This document shows positions 9,473-19,865 of a DNA stretch of 64,000 nucleotides, piece by piece; position 1 is the stretch's first letter, and each line of letters opens with the position of its first letter. This DNA is from Enterobacteria phage Ac3. Made by a program: the position numbers and the translations under genes. The DNA lies in sequence record OK040907; one strand, given 5' to 3'. The notes beneath the pieces were generated by a model. The model was not told the origin of the DNA, ran no database searches, and saw nothing but the letters and a program-made list of their open reading frames with translations.

Positions 9473-9796
9473 TTAGTCTTCTATGATATCTCTATCATAT
9501 CCAAGTGAAATGAGAGTTTCTTTGAAGTGTTTAATGTTCTTTTGTCTAGAATCATTAATGAAAATGACTGGATAACGAATGTTAAGAGATGTGAATCCAG
9601 CGCGTTTAGCAAGAGATACAATCAGTGGGCGATCATACTCAATCTTACCATTATTTGTAAGAACTTTATAGAAAGTAAAAGGAGCATTAAGCTCCTTTAG
9701 AAGTTTTGTAACTGATTGACATCCAGGACAACGACCTACTTCATCTGGAATTCCATAGACTTCAATCTTATTCTTTAAGTTCGAGTTTTGTTCCAC
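9473..9796 (-). CDS. nrdH: glutaredoxin-like protein NrdH (start uncertain, probably GTG near 9796)
   Basis: CPGC redox motif; ORF extends to 9925 but overlaps upstream gene; SD-like AAGGA before GTG. Confidence 0.6.
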   Translation of the reverse strand: MEQNSNLKNKIEVYGIPDEVGRCPGCQSVTKLLKELNAPFTFYKVLTNNGKIEYDRPLIVSLAKRAGFTSLNIRYPVIFINDSRQKNIKHFKETLISLGYDRDIIED

Positions 9797-10079
9797 GAGA
9801 AATAATTCCTTGGTAAGCCCAATAAGGAGGATTAACAGAATCCTCACCAGAGTTTTCTTCAGGAAAATAAACCTGGATAACGAAGCCGGATTCATCAAAG
9901 GTGAAATAAGTAGTAGGCAGTTCACCTAACAAATCGGCACGAGCGTTGATTTCTTCGAGGTCTTGTTCACGTCCAGCCCAGAAGCTTGGGTTCAGACTAC
10001 ATTCATAGAAATAATAGTCATTACCGAACATATCAAAACCATTCCAACTCTCTACTACATACCGCTCAAAACTAATCAT
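9768..10079 (-). CDS. hypothetical protein
   Basis: 103-aa ORF. Confidence 0.5.
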   Translation of the reverse strand: MISFERYVVESWNGFDMFGNDYYFYECSLNPSFWAGREQDLEEINARADLLGELPTTYFTFDESGFVIQVYFPEENSGEDSVNPPYWAYQGIISRGTKLELKE

Positions 10080-10081
10080 AA

Positions 10082-10297
10082 TTAAGCCTTTTTATCAAGA
10101 ACAGCATTCAGCTTGTTAGTAATTTTATCCAGACGCTTATTGAACTCACTAGAAGATAAGCCCTTTTCTGGAGAAATTAAACTAATCACGAAAAATATAG
10201 CAATAAAAGGAATAAGGAAAATAGCTCCAACTGCCATAAACAGAAAGAATGTTACAGTTGTAAGAAAATCAGCTAAACCTTTACGAAATTTATACAT
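10082..10297 (-). CDS. small membrane protein
   Basis: 71 aa with one long hydrophobic segment. Confidence 0.5.
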   Translation of the reverse strand: MYKFRKGLADFLTTVTFFLFMAVGAIFLIPFIAIFFVISLISPEKGLSSSEFNKRLDKITNKLNAVLDKKA

Positions 10298-10412
10298 ATT
10301 TTACCCTTAATTGATTAACCAAGCATTGATAAGCACTAAACTATATTGCGAATAAAATTCTGGACCAAAATGAAAAATCATATCATTTATAGTATCCATA
10401 ATGTAATTCAAT

Positions 10413-10883
10413 TTAATCATGTGTCCACACCCCATCGGTATTTGACCAAAGTCGCTGATTATCTGATCCTCGCCACAGCTTTTTGGTCGGAAGATTTTTC
10501 TCATACTTCCCATCAATAATAACATCAACATATTTAAGCATTTCTAGTTGTTTAATATCTTCAAACTTATATCCTGTCCACAACCAAATGCTTTTATTGG
10601 GATAAAGATTTTTAATAGTTTGAACCACAGAGTGAATCACGTCTCTGTTATCAGGATAAAGAGGGTCACCTCCGGTTATAGTTAATCCTTCTATATAATC
10701 ATTATTCAAACATTCAATCAATTGTTCTAGTGTTTCACCAGTGAATGGAATACCATTTCTAGCATTCCATGTTGATTTATTATAACACCCTTCGCATTTA
10801 TGCAAACAACCTGTAACGAAAAGAACGACCCTGCATCCAGGGCCATTCACAAAATCACAGGGATAAAATCTATCGTAATTCAT
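10413..10883 (-). CDS. nrdG: anaerobic ribonucleotide reductase activating protein NrdG
   Basis: 156 aa, Cys-rich radical-SAM-type N terminus, directly downstream of nrdD. Confidence 0.85.
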   Translation of the reverse strand: MNYDRFYPCDFVNGPGCRVVLFVTGCLHKCEGCYNKSTWNARNGIPFTGETLEQLIECLNNDYIEGLTITGGDPLYPDNRDVIHSVVQTIKNLYPNKSIWLWTGYKFEDIKQLEMLKYVDVIIDGKYEKNLPTKKLWRGSDNQRLWSNTDGVWTHD

Positions 10884-12697
10884 TGGTGTTTAACCCTATG
10901 CATGATTTCTTTATTTTTACCGAGATTAAATCCGCGCTCGTTCGGATTTCCCAAATAACCACATGTTCTTCTTATTGTGTTCATCTTTTTAGGATCAGTT
11001 TCTCCACAAATAGAACAAACAAATCCGTTTTCAGTAGGAGTCATTTCATGGGTACTTCCACATGTAAAACATTTATCTACTGGCATATTAACACCAAAAT
11101 AATCTAAATGTTGTGCGGCATAATCCCATACAGCCTCAAGACCTTTTAAGTTATTTTTCATATCAGGAAGTTCAACATAAGAAATGTGACCACCTGTCGC
11201 AATGAAATGATATGGCGCTTCACGAGAAATCTTTTCAAACGGAGTAACATTTTCTTCTACTGAAACGTGGAAACTGTTAGTGTACCAGCCTTTATCAGTA
11301 ACATCCTTTACACTTCCATATTTTTCTGTATCAAGTTTACAGAAGCGATAGCAAAGGTTTTCAGCAGGAGTAGAATACAAACTAAAAGCAAACCCAGTTC
11401 TTTCAGTCCACTGTTTAAGATGAGCATTCATTTTAGTTAAAATTTCTTGTCCAATATCACGACCGATAAGAATATTCAATTCGTGAATACCAATGTATCC
11501 TAAAGACACTGAACTTCTACCGTTTTTAAATAACTCAATTATATCGTCATCGGGTTTAAGACGAACCCCGAATGCACCTTCTTGGTAAAGAATAGGAGCA
11601 ACAGTAGCTTTAACTCCTTTTAAGGAACTAATTCTACACATCAAAGCTTCAAAACATAAATCCATTCGTTCATTGAACAATTCGATAAATTTCTGTTCAT
11701 TGAGCTGTGTTCCAATATAAGAATCTAATGCGATACGAGGAAGATTCAGTGTTACAACACCGAGATTATTACGTCCATCAAGAATTTCATTGCCAGTCGA
11801 ATCTTTCCATACGCTCAAGAAACTACGACAACCCATTGGAGAAACAGGAACAGATGAACCAGTGATAGCTTTATTGTTCTTAGCTGAAATAATATCAGGA
11901 TACATCCTTTTGCTTGCACACTCTAAAGCAAGCTGCTTAATATCATAGTTCGGATCGTCTTTATAAAGATTAACACCTTCTTCAACAAACATAACAAGCT
12001 TAGGGAAAATAGGAGTTATCCCATCACGACCAAGACCTTTAATACGATTTTTCAGAATTGCTTTCTGAATCATTCGTTCAGTCCAGTCAGTTCCTGTACC
12101 AAATGTAATTGTTACAAAAGGTGTTTGTCCGTTTGAACTAAAGAGAGTATTTACTTCATATTCATAAGCTTGGAATGCATCGTATACATCTTTTTCTGTT
12201 TTAGATTGAGCATAATTTAACGCATCAGCGATTTGCCATTTTTCTGCATCCTCAATATGTTTTGCATAGGTGCGTTTAACATAAGGAGAAAGTACTTTAT
12301 CTACATTAGCAAAAGTCGTTCCGCCGTATTGATGGGAAGCAACCTGTGCAGTAATTTGTGCCATAATTGCAGTAGCAACACCGATTGATTTAGGAGTTTC
12401 AATCTGTGCATTACCAAGCTTAAATCCGTTCTCAAGCATTCCTTTTAAATCTACTAAACAACAATTAGTAAATGGAAGAGCAGGGGAATAATCAATATCA
12501 TGGAAATGAATAATTCCGCTTTCATGCGCTTTCATAATAAAAGACGGGACCATATTTTTGGCAATGTGTTTAGACACAATACCAGCCATAAGGTCCCGTT
12601 GAGTTGGAAAAACACGAGAATCTTTATTAGCATTCTCGTTTAAAAGGTCTTTATTAGTTTTATGAATCAATCCTTCAATTTCTTTTTCAATTGTCAT
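10880..12697 (-). CDS. nrdD: anaerobic ribonucleoside-triphosphate reductase NrdD
   Basis: 605 aa; C-terminal glycyl-radical motif RTCGYLG and Zn-ribbon cysteines; ORF is continuous (no intron). Confidence 0.92.
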   Translation of the reverse strand: MTIEKEIEGLIHKTNKDLLNENANKDSRVFPTQRDLMAGIVSKHIAKNMVPSFIMKAHESGIIHFHDIDYSPALPFTNCCLVDLKGMLENGFKLGNAQIETPKSIGVATAIMAQITAQVASHQYGGTTFANVDKVLSPYVKRTYAKHIEDAEKWQIADALNYAQSKTEKDVYDAFQAYEYEVNTLFSSNGQTPFVTITFGTGTDWTERMIQKAILKNRIKGLGRDGITPIFPKLVMFVEEGVNLYKDDPNYDIKQLALECASKRMYPDIISAKNNKAITGSSVPVSPMGCRSFLSVWKDSTGNEILDGRNNLGVVTLNLPRIALDSYIGTQLNEQKFIELFNERMDLCFEALMCRISSLKGVKATVAPILYQEGAFGVRLKPDDDIIELFKNGRSSVSLGYIGIHELNILIGRDIGQEILTKMNAHLKQWTERTGFAFSLYSTPAENLCYRFCKLDTEKYGSVKDVTDKGWYTNSFHVSVEENVTPFEKISREAPYHFIATGGHISYVELPDMKNNLKGLEAVWDYAAQHLDYFGVNMPVDKCFTCGSTHEMTPTENGFVCSICGETDPKKMNTIRRTCGYLGNPNERGFNLGKNKEIMHRVKHQ

Positions 12698-13167
12698 TTT
12701 AAACTCTTTCTAAGCTGCTTCTTAAATGAAGCTATTAATTGTGTTTTAGTGTCAGATTCATTATATTCAAATCCTCTTTGAAGCATCTCAGCCATCATTT
12801 CCTCTTTTCCTAAACGAGAAAATTCCTTTGATTTATCTCCAACAAAGTTAGGGTGAATATTATTTTGGGTGTAATCGGATTTTAAATAAGTAAGTAAATT
12901 TTCTAACCATTCAAGATAATCAACACCCTGTCCCTTTAAGCCAGAACGATTAAATTTATGCTTCATTTGACCTTCTGCGGCATTGCAGAGATTACAAAGC
13001 AATCCACGTACCTTTCCTGCTTTTGGTCCATTTAATTCATGGTCATGATCAAGATGATTAGCTTGAACATCAGGATTTAGTTCTCGTTGGCAAATTAAAC
13101 ATTTACCATTTTGTGCATCATAAAATTTCTGTTTTTCTTCTTTATATAATTTGCCAGTCAATAACAT
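12694..13167 (-). CDS. 49: endonuclease VII (Holliday junction resolvase)
   Basis: 157 aa, Cys/His zinc motif; matches T4 gp49 size and sequence. Confidence 0.9.
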   Translation of the reverse strand: MLLTGKLYKEEKQKFYDAQNGKCLICQRELNPDVQANHLDHDHELNGPKAGKVRGLLCNLCNAAEGQMKHKFNRSGLKGQGVDYLEWLENLLTYLKSDYTQNNIHPNFVGDKSKEFSRLGKEEMMAEMLQRGFEYNESDTKTQLIASFKKQLRKSLK

Positions 13168-13208
13168 AATAAACCCTTACCTTAAATAGATAAGGGTATT
13201 TATTATTT

Positions 13209-13694
13209 TCAAGTATTGTAAAACATTTGATTCAATCGCTTATATTGCCGAATCTTTTGGTCAGAAAAAGAAATTTGGGTTTCAAGCCATTCAATATATT
13301 CTGCCGCAGCTTGCATCAAATTTCCTTCATAGCCATCGTTATTTTCTTGTGCAGCTAATTTAGCTAATGCGTATGAAATACGTTCACCTTGAAAATCAGC
13401 TTTAGGCTTCTGAACAACTTGATTAGTTCTCTCTACAACTTCTTCAATTTCGCCATTTTCTACTGATTCAGTATTCCACAAGCACCAATACGTAATTGGC
13501 TTATCGTAGATGTTAATAATCTTTCCATCAGAAAGTTCAATTTCAATAATTCCAGTATCAGGCTCTATATCATCTTCACATTCTTTTGCAAGTTCACGAA
13601 CTTTAAAGACAGTACCTGCACTAAGTTCCGGCCAGTAATTACACAGCCCTATATCAGCACGATTAATTCTAAACCACTTATCTACTGTAATCAT
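13209..13694 (-). CDS. pin: Pin-like protein (Lon protease inhibitor)
   Basis: 161 aa from ATG 13694 with GGAGA SD; position after gene 49 as in T4. Confidence 0.6.
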   Translation of the reverse strand: MITVDKWFRINRADIGLCNYWPELSAGTVFKVRELAKECEDDIEPDTGIIEIELSDGKIINIYDKPITYWCLWNTESVENGEIEEVVERTNQVVQKPKADFQGERISYALAKLAAQENNDGYEGNLMQAAAEYIEWLETQISFSDQKIRQYKRLNQMFYNT

Positions 13695-13817
13695 GTCCCA
13701 TCTCCATATCAATTAAGTCATTTATCGTCGGTTCATTATATATTGTTTCTTCATCAGTGTAAACCGGTTCTTCCGGCTCTGGCTCTACAGTTTCCCATCT
13801 AGCCGCCCACCAAGGTT

Positions 13818-14138
13818 TTATAGCGTAATCCATTCTCGTACTGTCTGAGTTACTACACGTTCATGGGGCTCGACTAGTTCAACAGTCGGAACTGCATAAT
13901 ACCAGTCAGAATGATAAGAACCTGACCGAGATTCATTTACCGCTACATGTACATTATGTTTTGGACTAAAGTAAACACACTGACGATATTGACATTTACC
14001 ATCTTGCACCCAGTCTTCTATTTCGACAGGTTTAAGATAATCGGAAAAATCGAAATCATAGTTTTCCGAAAATGCATCATGGTCTTCAATGATTTCGCTC
14101 AGAACTGCATCAACATCTAATTTATTTTCAATAGTCAT
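13818..14138 (-). CDS. hypothetical protein
   Basis: 106-aa ORF. Confidence 0.5.
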   Translation of the reverse strand: MTIENKLDVDAVLSEIIEDHDAFSENYDFDFSDYLKPVEIEDWVQDGKCQYRQCVYFSPKHNVHVAVNESRSGSYHSDWYYAVPTVELVEPHERVVTQTVREWITL

Positions 14139-14148
14139 TTTTCACCAA

Positions 14149-14319
14149 TTAGTTGCGCAGCTTATTCAGTTCCTCGTCATCGATCCAAGACTCCAGACCG
14201 GACGGCAGAGCACATTCGATCTCCCACAGGAGTTCCTCAATTTTCTGCAGGCGATCCAGTTCCTCAGCCGGGATGGTCACCATGGACGGTGCACGGCTTA
14301 CGTTAATGTCATAGATCAT
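14149..14319 (-). CDS. small acidic hypothetical protein (E. coli-optimal codons)
   Basis: 56 aa MIYDINVSRAPSMVTIPAEELDRLQKIEELLWEIECALPSGLESWIDDEELNKLRN; below the 60-aa ORF-track cutoff; island bounded exactly by its start and stop codons. Confidence 0.5.
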   Translation of the reverse strand: MIYDINVSRAPSMVTIPAEELDRLQKIEELLWEIECALPSGLESWIDDEELNKLRN

Positions 14320-14321
14320 AT

Positions 14322-14537
14322 TTACCCCAATTTAACCATACAATCGCCGTATTTCCACTTAGAAATAGACTTTTCACCATTAGAATAATAAACTTCGAGT
14401 TTAGCACGATTATTTTTAATTTGAATAACCTTGGCTGTCATCAAAGTTCCATACCCATAATAAACTGCAACTTCATCACCTACATATACCGCGCTTCCGC
14501 GGTAATCATGAATATAGTCAGTTCCTTCGAGCATCAT
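14322..14537 (-). CDS. hypothetical protein
   Basis: 71-aa ORF. Confidence 0.5.
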   Translation of the reverse strand: MMLEGTDYIHDYRGSAVYVGDEVAVYYGYGTLMTAKVIQIKNNRAKLEVYYSNGEKSISKWKYGDCMVKLG

Positions 14538-14797
14538 TTAAAATATTCTCGCAGTTGGTCAAATCCACCAATATGACTTCCATCAGGAGCAAATACCTGG
14601 GGCATTGTCAAGCCGATTTGAGTATCACGACCTAGTTTAGTCAGAAGCTCAGCGATTTTCTCATCATCAAAAACACCTTTTTCCGGCATAATGTTGATAA
14701 ATTCAAACGGCTGTTTCTTCACGGTCAAAAGACGTTTTGCATTATCGCAATACACACATTTATGAATGTTGCTATCATAACCATATACTTTAAACAT
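14534..14797 (-). CDS. nrdC: glutaredoxin/thioredoxin NrdC
   Basis: 87 aa, CVYC active site, matches T4 NrdC. Confidence 0.85.
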   Translation of the reverse strand: MFKVYGYDSNIHKCVYCDNAKRLLTVKKQPFEFINIMPEKGVFDDEKIAELLTKLGRDTQIGLTMPQVFAPDGSHIGGFDQLREYFK

Positions 14798-14798
14798 A

Positions 14799-15041
14799 TT
14801 ATTCCTTAATTCCTAGTACTTGTTTAAAAGTCTCGTCGTAATCAAGACTTTGGCCTGTTTGTTCTTTATGTTTGTATATAATATCACTTACTTCTGATAG
14901 CATATTTTTATATGAACGAGTTAAAGCAGATTTAAGTACGCTGTACCTATCAGGAAATTTACCATGTTCATTATAATAAGCTATTGCTAATTCACGGACT
15001 GCCTTTTCAGCAGCCTCCATATATTCTTTACGCTTGGTCAT
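14799..15041 (-). CDS. hypothetical protein
   Basis: 80-aa ORF. Confidence 0.5.
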   Translation of the reverse strand: MTKRKEYMEAAEKAVRELAIAYYNEHGKFPDRYSVLKSALTRSYKNMLSEVSDIIYKHKEQTGQSLDYDETFKQVLGIKE

Positions 15042-15043
15042 TT

Positions 15044-15433
15044 TTAATCCAAAATATTATTAGGCATTGGTTGAACACTCACAAGTTCTTTAAAGAACTC
15101 AGTAGAGTCAGGCAATTTAACCATTTCCGGAGCATGCTTACTGAATTTATGTTTACATTGACGGCATTTATATTCAAGCTCTGGTTTACGCCAGTTAATC
15201 AATTGAACTTGTTCAGTACCGCATTCAGGGCAATTAGGAACGTTTTTAGAAGCTCTTTCACGTCGTTCAACCATAGCCATAATAGCATCCCATGCTGGAG
15301 GTTTAAAATCTAAATCGTCGCAGCCGTGAATCTTTCCACGCATTTCCAAATCGTCTTCTTCACCAGCCATAATAATTTTAATTAGACTAGAATTACTTGA
15401 AGCTGCAATGTCTTCTAATAAACGCTTTTTCAT
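15044..15433 (-). CDS. zinc-ribbon protein
   Basis: 129 aa with CPECG...CRQC motif. Confidence 0.5.
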   Translation of the reverse strand: MKKRLLEDIAASSNSSLIKIIMAGEEDDLEMRGKIHGCDDLDFKPPAWDAIMAMVERRERASKNVPNCPECGTEQVQLINWRKPELEYKCRQCKHKFSKHAPEMVKLPDSTEFFKELVSVQPMPNNILD

Positions 15434-16356
15434 TTCAATACCTCAATAGCATTACGTAAACCATTTGCTTTGGCGGTTAAAGCCTTAAGAACTTTAGTAT
15501 GCTCTTCAATCTGTTTTTCAACTTCAATCAAACGGGCACTGAGATATTCGCGTTCTTCTTTCATAGTATCATTTCCATGATTGGATTTTGGTGTAGGTTT
15601 AAATTCACTAGGGTCCTTTAATTTAATAACAAATTTAGTTTCAAACAGTGAAAGACCATAATTCGTATTATCATCAAAGGATTTGACTACATCCATATCA
15701 GATAATAACACGCGCAAATTATAAGCCAAAGAACTAATAGTTTCATTGTGTTTATTAGCTTCGCGTGGTTTCATATACGGAAGATTTTTATATATCTCAT
15801 GCGGAGCGCAAACGATAATTGACAATTCAAATTGTCCATTCTGGGACGATGGAGTGAATTTAGCCGTAACCCAGTCTTTTACATTCACATTAATAGTACG
15901 GTTATCACCATGACAAAACAGTCTACGAGAATGCTTAAAAAGCATATTCACGTTATTATTGAATTCGTGTGAAAATTCACTAGCAAATTTTTCTTTACTA
16001 TCTTTAGAAAACCATTCTTCTAAATAAGTTCTTTTCACGTCGTTAATAATATTAAATGTAACAACACTAGCATTTGATACATTAGTCTCAATGTAGCTTG
16101 GATACATAAATTTTTTAATATTATTAACAGCTATCACAGAAGATAGTAATCGGGAACGTTTGAACCACTCGAGCAAAGAACCAAGAGAATGTGAATACGC
16201 ATTTTGTGTATCTTTACAAATATGGTTTTCCCATCCAATATAGTCTAAAAAATCACGAAGAATATTATTGATTACTTCTCTATGTCCTTTCTGATAATCA
16301 CGATGTTTAGTAATAAGACTGTCAAAATAATCAATATAATGTTTACGAGTTTTCAT
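15430..16356 (-). CDS. hypothetical protein with C-terminal coiled coil
   Basis: 308 aa; first of four consecutive 300-343 aa ORFs ending in heptad-like helices. Confidence 0.55.
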   Translation of the reverse strand: MKTRKHYIDYFDSLITKHRDYQKGHREVINNILRDFLDYIGWENHICKDTQNAYSHSLGSLLEWFKRSRLLSSVIAVNNIKKFMYPSYIETNVSNASVVTFNIINDVKRTYLEEWFSKDSKEKFASEFSHEFNNNVNMLFKHSRRLFCHGDNRTINVNVKDWVTAKFTPSSQNGQFELSIIVCAPHEIYKNLPYMKPREANKHNETISSLAYNLRVLLSDMDVVKSFDDNTNYGLSLFETKFVIKLKDPSEFKPTPKSNHGNDTMKEEREYLSARLIEVEKQIEEHTKVLKALTAKANGLRNAIEVLK

Positions 16357-16410
16357 GTTCTTCTCACTTGGTTAATGATTTATACTCCGAGCCATCCTTG
16401 GCTTTAAATT

Positions 16411-17442
16411 TTACTTAATTAACTGTAAAGCTTGTTCCAGACGATCAAGACGATTAACAGATTCTTCCCAAATCCTTTTAGCCTGCTCATATTCTTTCTG
16501 TGCTTTATTAGAAATTTCTAGAACTTCTTTATAAGCTTTTTCTAGTGCAATAACTTCTGGACGAATTTCTATCGGTTCAGGTGAATCATCAAGATTATCC
16601 ATTAGTTCCTCAAGGGTAGTTTCTTCTTTAGGAGTATTCACAATTTCATCACATTTTTGTTGATAAATTTCTTTATCAGTAGGTGAGTACGCGCACTTTA
16701 CTTCACGAAGACTAATTACAATTTTATATCCTTCCCAACCACCCATATTTTTGAAAGGATATGTATGAATACTTTTTACAGTTTCCATACAATCCAAAGC
16801 CGTCTCTAATTGATGAGTTATAGTGCTAGCAATTGAGAAAAATTTATTAATATTCTTTTGGTTAGCTTCTGGTGTAAAAAATTCGTAATTCACAAAAATA
16901 GCTACTTTATTTTTATCAAGCTCATATTCTTTTACGATAATCATATCAGAAGCCAAAGGATGAATTTGACGATAATCGCCATAACATAATTTAGAAGCTG
17001 ATTTTAGAATTTGTCCTTTAAAAAGTCTGAAATTGCTAATCCAACGACGAGTAAAAATATTCTTAGGGTCTTCTTTGATATTAAGATGATAAGAATTAAC
17101 ATCACCGAACCAATTGTATCCTATTACACCTTTAGTTCGTTTAATTTCTTTCCCAAAATTACCAAGAATATCCCGATTAACCAAATATGAAAGAAGACGA
17201 GACCCTTTAAAGATTATCTTAATATCATCTTTATCTACACGGCTAGAAATTTCACGAACTTCATGAATAAATTTACTGGAAGAAACAATACTTGCATCAA
17301 TACTGCTGAGCCATTGATTGATAATAGAAAGAACAGCGTTCTGACTAGACATGGGTTTAACTTTATCATCAATAACACTATTGAATGATTTGATATATTC
17401 GTTACGAGTCATAATAATCTCCTCAGTAGAAAGTAAGAACAT
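16411..17442 (-). CDS. hypothetical protein with C-terminal coiled coil
   Basis: 343-aa ORF (start may be the internal M at residue 11). Confidence 0.55.
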   Translation of the reverse strand: MFLLSTEEIIMTRNEYIKSFNSVIDDKVKPMSSQNAVLSIINQWLSSIDASIVSSSKFIHEVREISSRVDKDDIKIIFKGSRLLSYLVNRDILGNFGKEIKRTKGVIGYNWFGDVNSYHLNIKEDPKNIFTRRWISNFRLFKGQILKSASKLCYGDYRQIHPLASDMIIVKEYELDKNKVAIFVNYEFFTPEANQKNINKFFSIASTITHQLETALDCMETVKSIHTYPFKNMGGWEGYKIVISLREVKCAYSPTDKEIYQQKCDEIVNTPKEETTLEELMDNLDDSPEPIEIRPEVIALEKAYKEVLEISNKAQKEYEQAKRIWEESVNRLDRLEQALQLIK

Positions 17443-17471
17443 TATACCACATCCTTGTGGTAAAGTAAACT
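17440..17471 (-). promoter_or_regulatory. T4-type early promoter
   Basis: minus-strand GTTTAC -35 and TATAAT -10. Confidence 0.4.
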
Positions 17472-18495
17472 AGTTCAGTGCATTTAATGCATTGTTCAGT
17501 TTAGAACGTTGCTTCGTGAGATTTTTGACTTTTTCTTGTGCTTTTTCTAGCATCTTTTCAGCTTCTAACACTTCATTGGTCGCTTTAACGAGTTCATCAT
17601 CTACTGCCTTGATAGACTTCTCAATCGCATCCGCGTGCCATTTTTCAACAGGTTTAAGACTCGGATTTTCAATAGGAAGAAAATTCACTTTATTGAATTT
17701 CCATGCATCCTTATTACCTGAACTATACATCCAAAATTTAGGATCGTTTGATGAGTAATTGGATAAATTTAAATTTAAGTTATCTTGCACTTCCTGCTTC
17801 TTCTCTTGCGTGACTTCGTCCTTTCTCAAAAAATCATATTTAAATGAAACAATCATATCAAGTTCATATGTTGTTGTGTCTAATTTAAATCGTTCGAAAT
17901 GCTGTGAAATCTTAGACCGAACAGCGGCAACAACATCCATATACTTAAATGCTTCTGTCAACTGTGATTTAAGGCATTCACAAATTGAAAGAGAATTTTT
18001 TGTATTAGGTTTAAAGCTAATTCGTGCAGTTCTATTATTTTCTTTTAATGGTCTTACTTCCATCTGAAGAGTATAACCATCAAATTTCAAGTTCTTTAAG
18101 TTAATATCAGAACCTTTTAATCGACTAGCAGTTGATAAAATTTGCTTTAATTGTCTACGGAACAGAGCAATAAATCTCCATTCAATACGATAATGATTTG
18201 GATTGAAAAATCCAGATGATAAATCGACCTTACTCTGACCAACACCTTGAACAAATAGAGGATTTTTATAATCAATAGTTTTACAGAAATCGGTGAGCTG
18301 CTCACGAGCAGTCATTTGTGTAATATATCCCGCTTTACTAAAATGACGTAACCATTCACTGCTATTCATATACTTAAAGTGAATGGAACTATTAACTCTA
18401 TCAGGGTCTAAATTATTTTGGCACAAAAATGTCATAACATCACGAGTATAGCTGGCATTACGAACCATATCTTCAATTTGAGAACGAGTTTTCAT
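17470..18495 (-). CDS. hypothetical protein with C-terminal coiled coil
   Basis: 341-aa ORF. Confidence 0.55.
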   Translation of the reverse strand: MKTRSQIEDMVRNASYTRDVMTFLCQNNLDPDRVNSSIHFKYMNSSEWLRHFSKAGYITQMTAREQLTDFCKTIDYKNPLFVQGVGQSKVDLSSGFFNPNHYRIEWRFIALFRRQLKQILSTASRLKGSDINLKNLKFDGYTLQMEVRPLKENNRTARISFKPNTKNSLSICECLKSQLTEAFKYMDVVAAVRSKISQHFERFKLDTTTYELDMIVSFKYDFLRKDEVTQEKKQEVQDNLNLNLSNYSSNDPKFWMYSSGNKDAWKFNKVNFLPIENPSLKPVEKWHADAIEKSIKAVDDELVKATNEVLEAEKMLEKAQEKVKNLTKQRSKLNNALNALN

Positions 18496-18503
18496 AGTGT
18501 TCC

Positions 18504-19409
18504 TTAAGATTTAAGTAAATCAACAATTTTAATTAATTTTTCACGCTCAGATTTAGCTTTATTACTCAATCCAGATAGTCTGAAAATTTCATCGTCATAC
18601 TGTTGAATAGAAATATTCAGCTCTTCAATTTGCTTATTAAAATAATCAATTTGCTCAGAATGTTTTTCGTTACTACGAACTGGTACAGGGTTTGTAGGCA
18701 ATTTAGTTAAACTGGATTCATCCGGGCGATAAATTAAAATGCAATTTGAACCAATCGGGCATTTAGCACCAGATGAATATTCTAACGTTCCAGCTTCTTT
18801 TAAAACTTCAAAAGCTAAACAGAGATGATGCCCCATATTAACATAATCTGTAGAGTGAGCTCTGACGTAATAATCATCTCCACGAGTACTAAATTTAAAG
18901 CATTTAAGGTCTTCTGTATTATTAGTTTTAAAAATCATTTGTTTATCTAGACCTTTAGCCAATCGAGCACCTAATGCTAATAATCGTCGTTGATTTTCCC
19001 ACAAATCCGCAATCATTTGATCGAATGACAATTTCGGCATTAGTCGACCATAAAGGTCATATCCTTTATTATAATTGCGAAGAATTTCACTCGCGTTAAT
19101 GCGAGACAATGCTCCAATTTTATTAAGGGCTTTCATGATGCGATTAGATAAACTCATTCCAGACCCATTTGTTCGCTGTAAATGTTTTTCTAATCCAAAC
19201 CCAATATCAACTTTAAATTTATCTAAAATTTCAGCATGAACATCTCTGTCAATAACATTCAAATCCAAAGTTGGGTTAAATCTATGAAAAAATTTATCTG
19301 GCTCTCCACGACGAAATACAGTCCATTCATTCATCATTTTTTTATTAACTAAAGATTTAATTACTGCATTGACATTATTAATTACTACTGACATATTTTT
19401 CTCACTCAA
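18504..19409 (-). CDS. hypothetical protein with C-terminal coiled coil
   Basis: 301-aa ORF. Confidence 0.55.
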   Translation of the reverse strand: MSEKNMSVVINNVNAVIKSLVNKKMMNEWTVFRRGEPDKFFHRFNPTLDLNVIDRDVHAEILDKFKVDIGFGLEKHLQRTNGSGMSLSNRIMKALNKIGALSRINASEILRNYNKGYDLYGRLMPKLSFDQMIADLWENQRRLLALGARLAKGLDKQMIFKTNNTEDLKCFKFSTRGDDYYVRAHSTDYVNMGHHLCLAFEVLKEAGTLEYSSGAKCPIGSNCILIYRPDESSLTKLPTNPVPVRSNEKHSEQIDYFNKQIEELNISIQQYDDEIFRLSGLSNKAKSEREKLIKIVDLLKS

Positions 19410-19810
19410 TTTTCAATTTTACTAAATACACAGAATATGATGGAAAAGACTATATAAGCACCGCACACAGATTGAACTAATACCATTCCAAAGAACCAAA
19501 TAATATTATCAAACAGTGTCTGTTTTACGTCGAAAGGACGTAAACTTACAGTAATATTATCACCTTTTTCTATTGAAGAATACATCTCTGGTGAAATATA
19601 TTCACTAAATCTATAACCGTCTTTGAGTTCATATACAGCAATAAACGATAAACTAGACCCCTTTCCTTGAGTTCCTGTAAGGGTATTAACTACAGTAACA
19701 TCATAATCTTTATAATGCATATAATCATTAATTGCGTAATAACCATATGCAACTACTACACATAAACAACATATCAATAAATTCAATCTTTTAATTATCA
19801 ACTGTTTCAT
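19406..19810 (-). CDS. membrane protein
   Basis: 134 aa with N- and C-terminal hydrophobic segments. Confidence 0.5.
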   Translation of the reverse strand: MKQLIIKRLNLLICCLCVVVAYGYYAINDYMHYKDYDVTVVNTLTGTQGKGSSLSFIAVYELKDGYRFSEYISPEMYSSIEKGDNITVSLRPFDVKQTLFDNIIWFFGMVLVQSVCGAYIVFSIIFCVFSKIEN

Positions 19811-19865
19811 AATAATCTCAATTAAAAGGGCTTAGAACCATTATACCATCCTTGGTATAAAGCGG

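Noticed and set aside
10880-12697. Group I intron in nrdD as in T4
   Set aside because: The 605-aa reading frame is continuous with no stop-filled structured insert.
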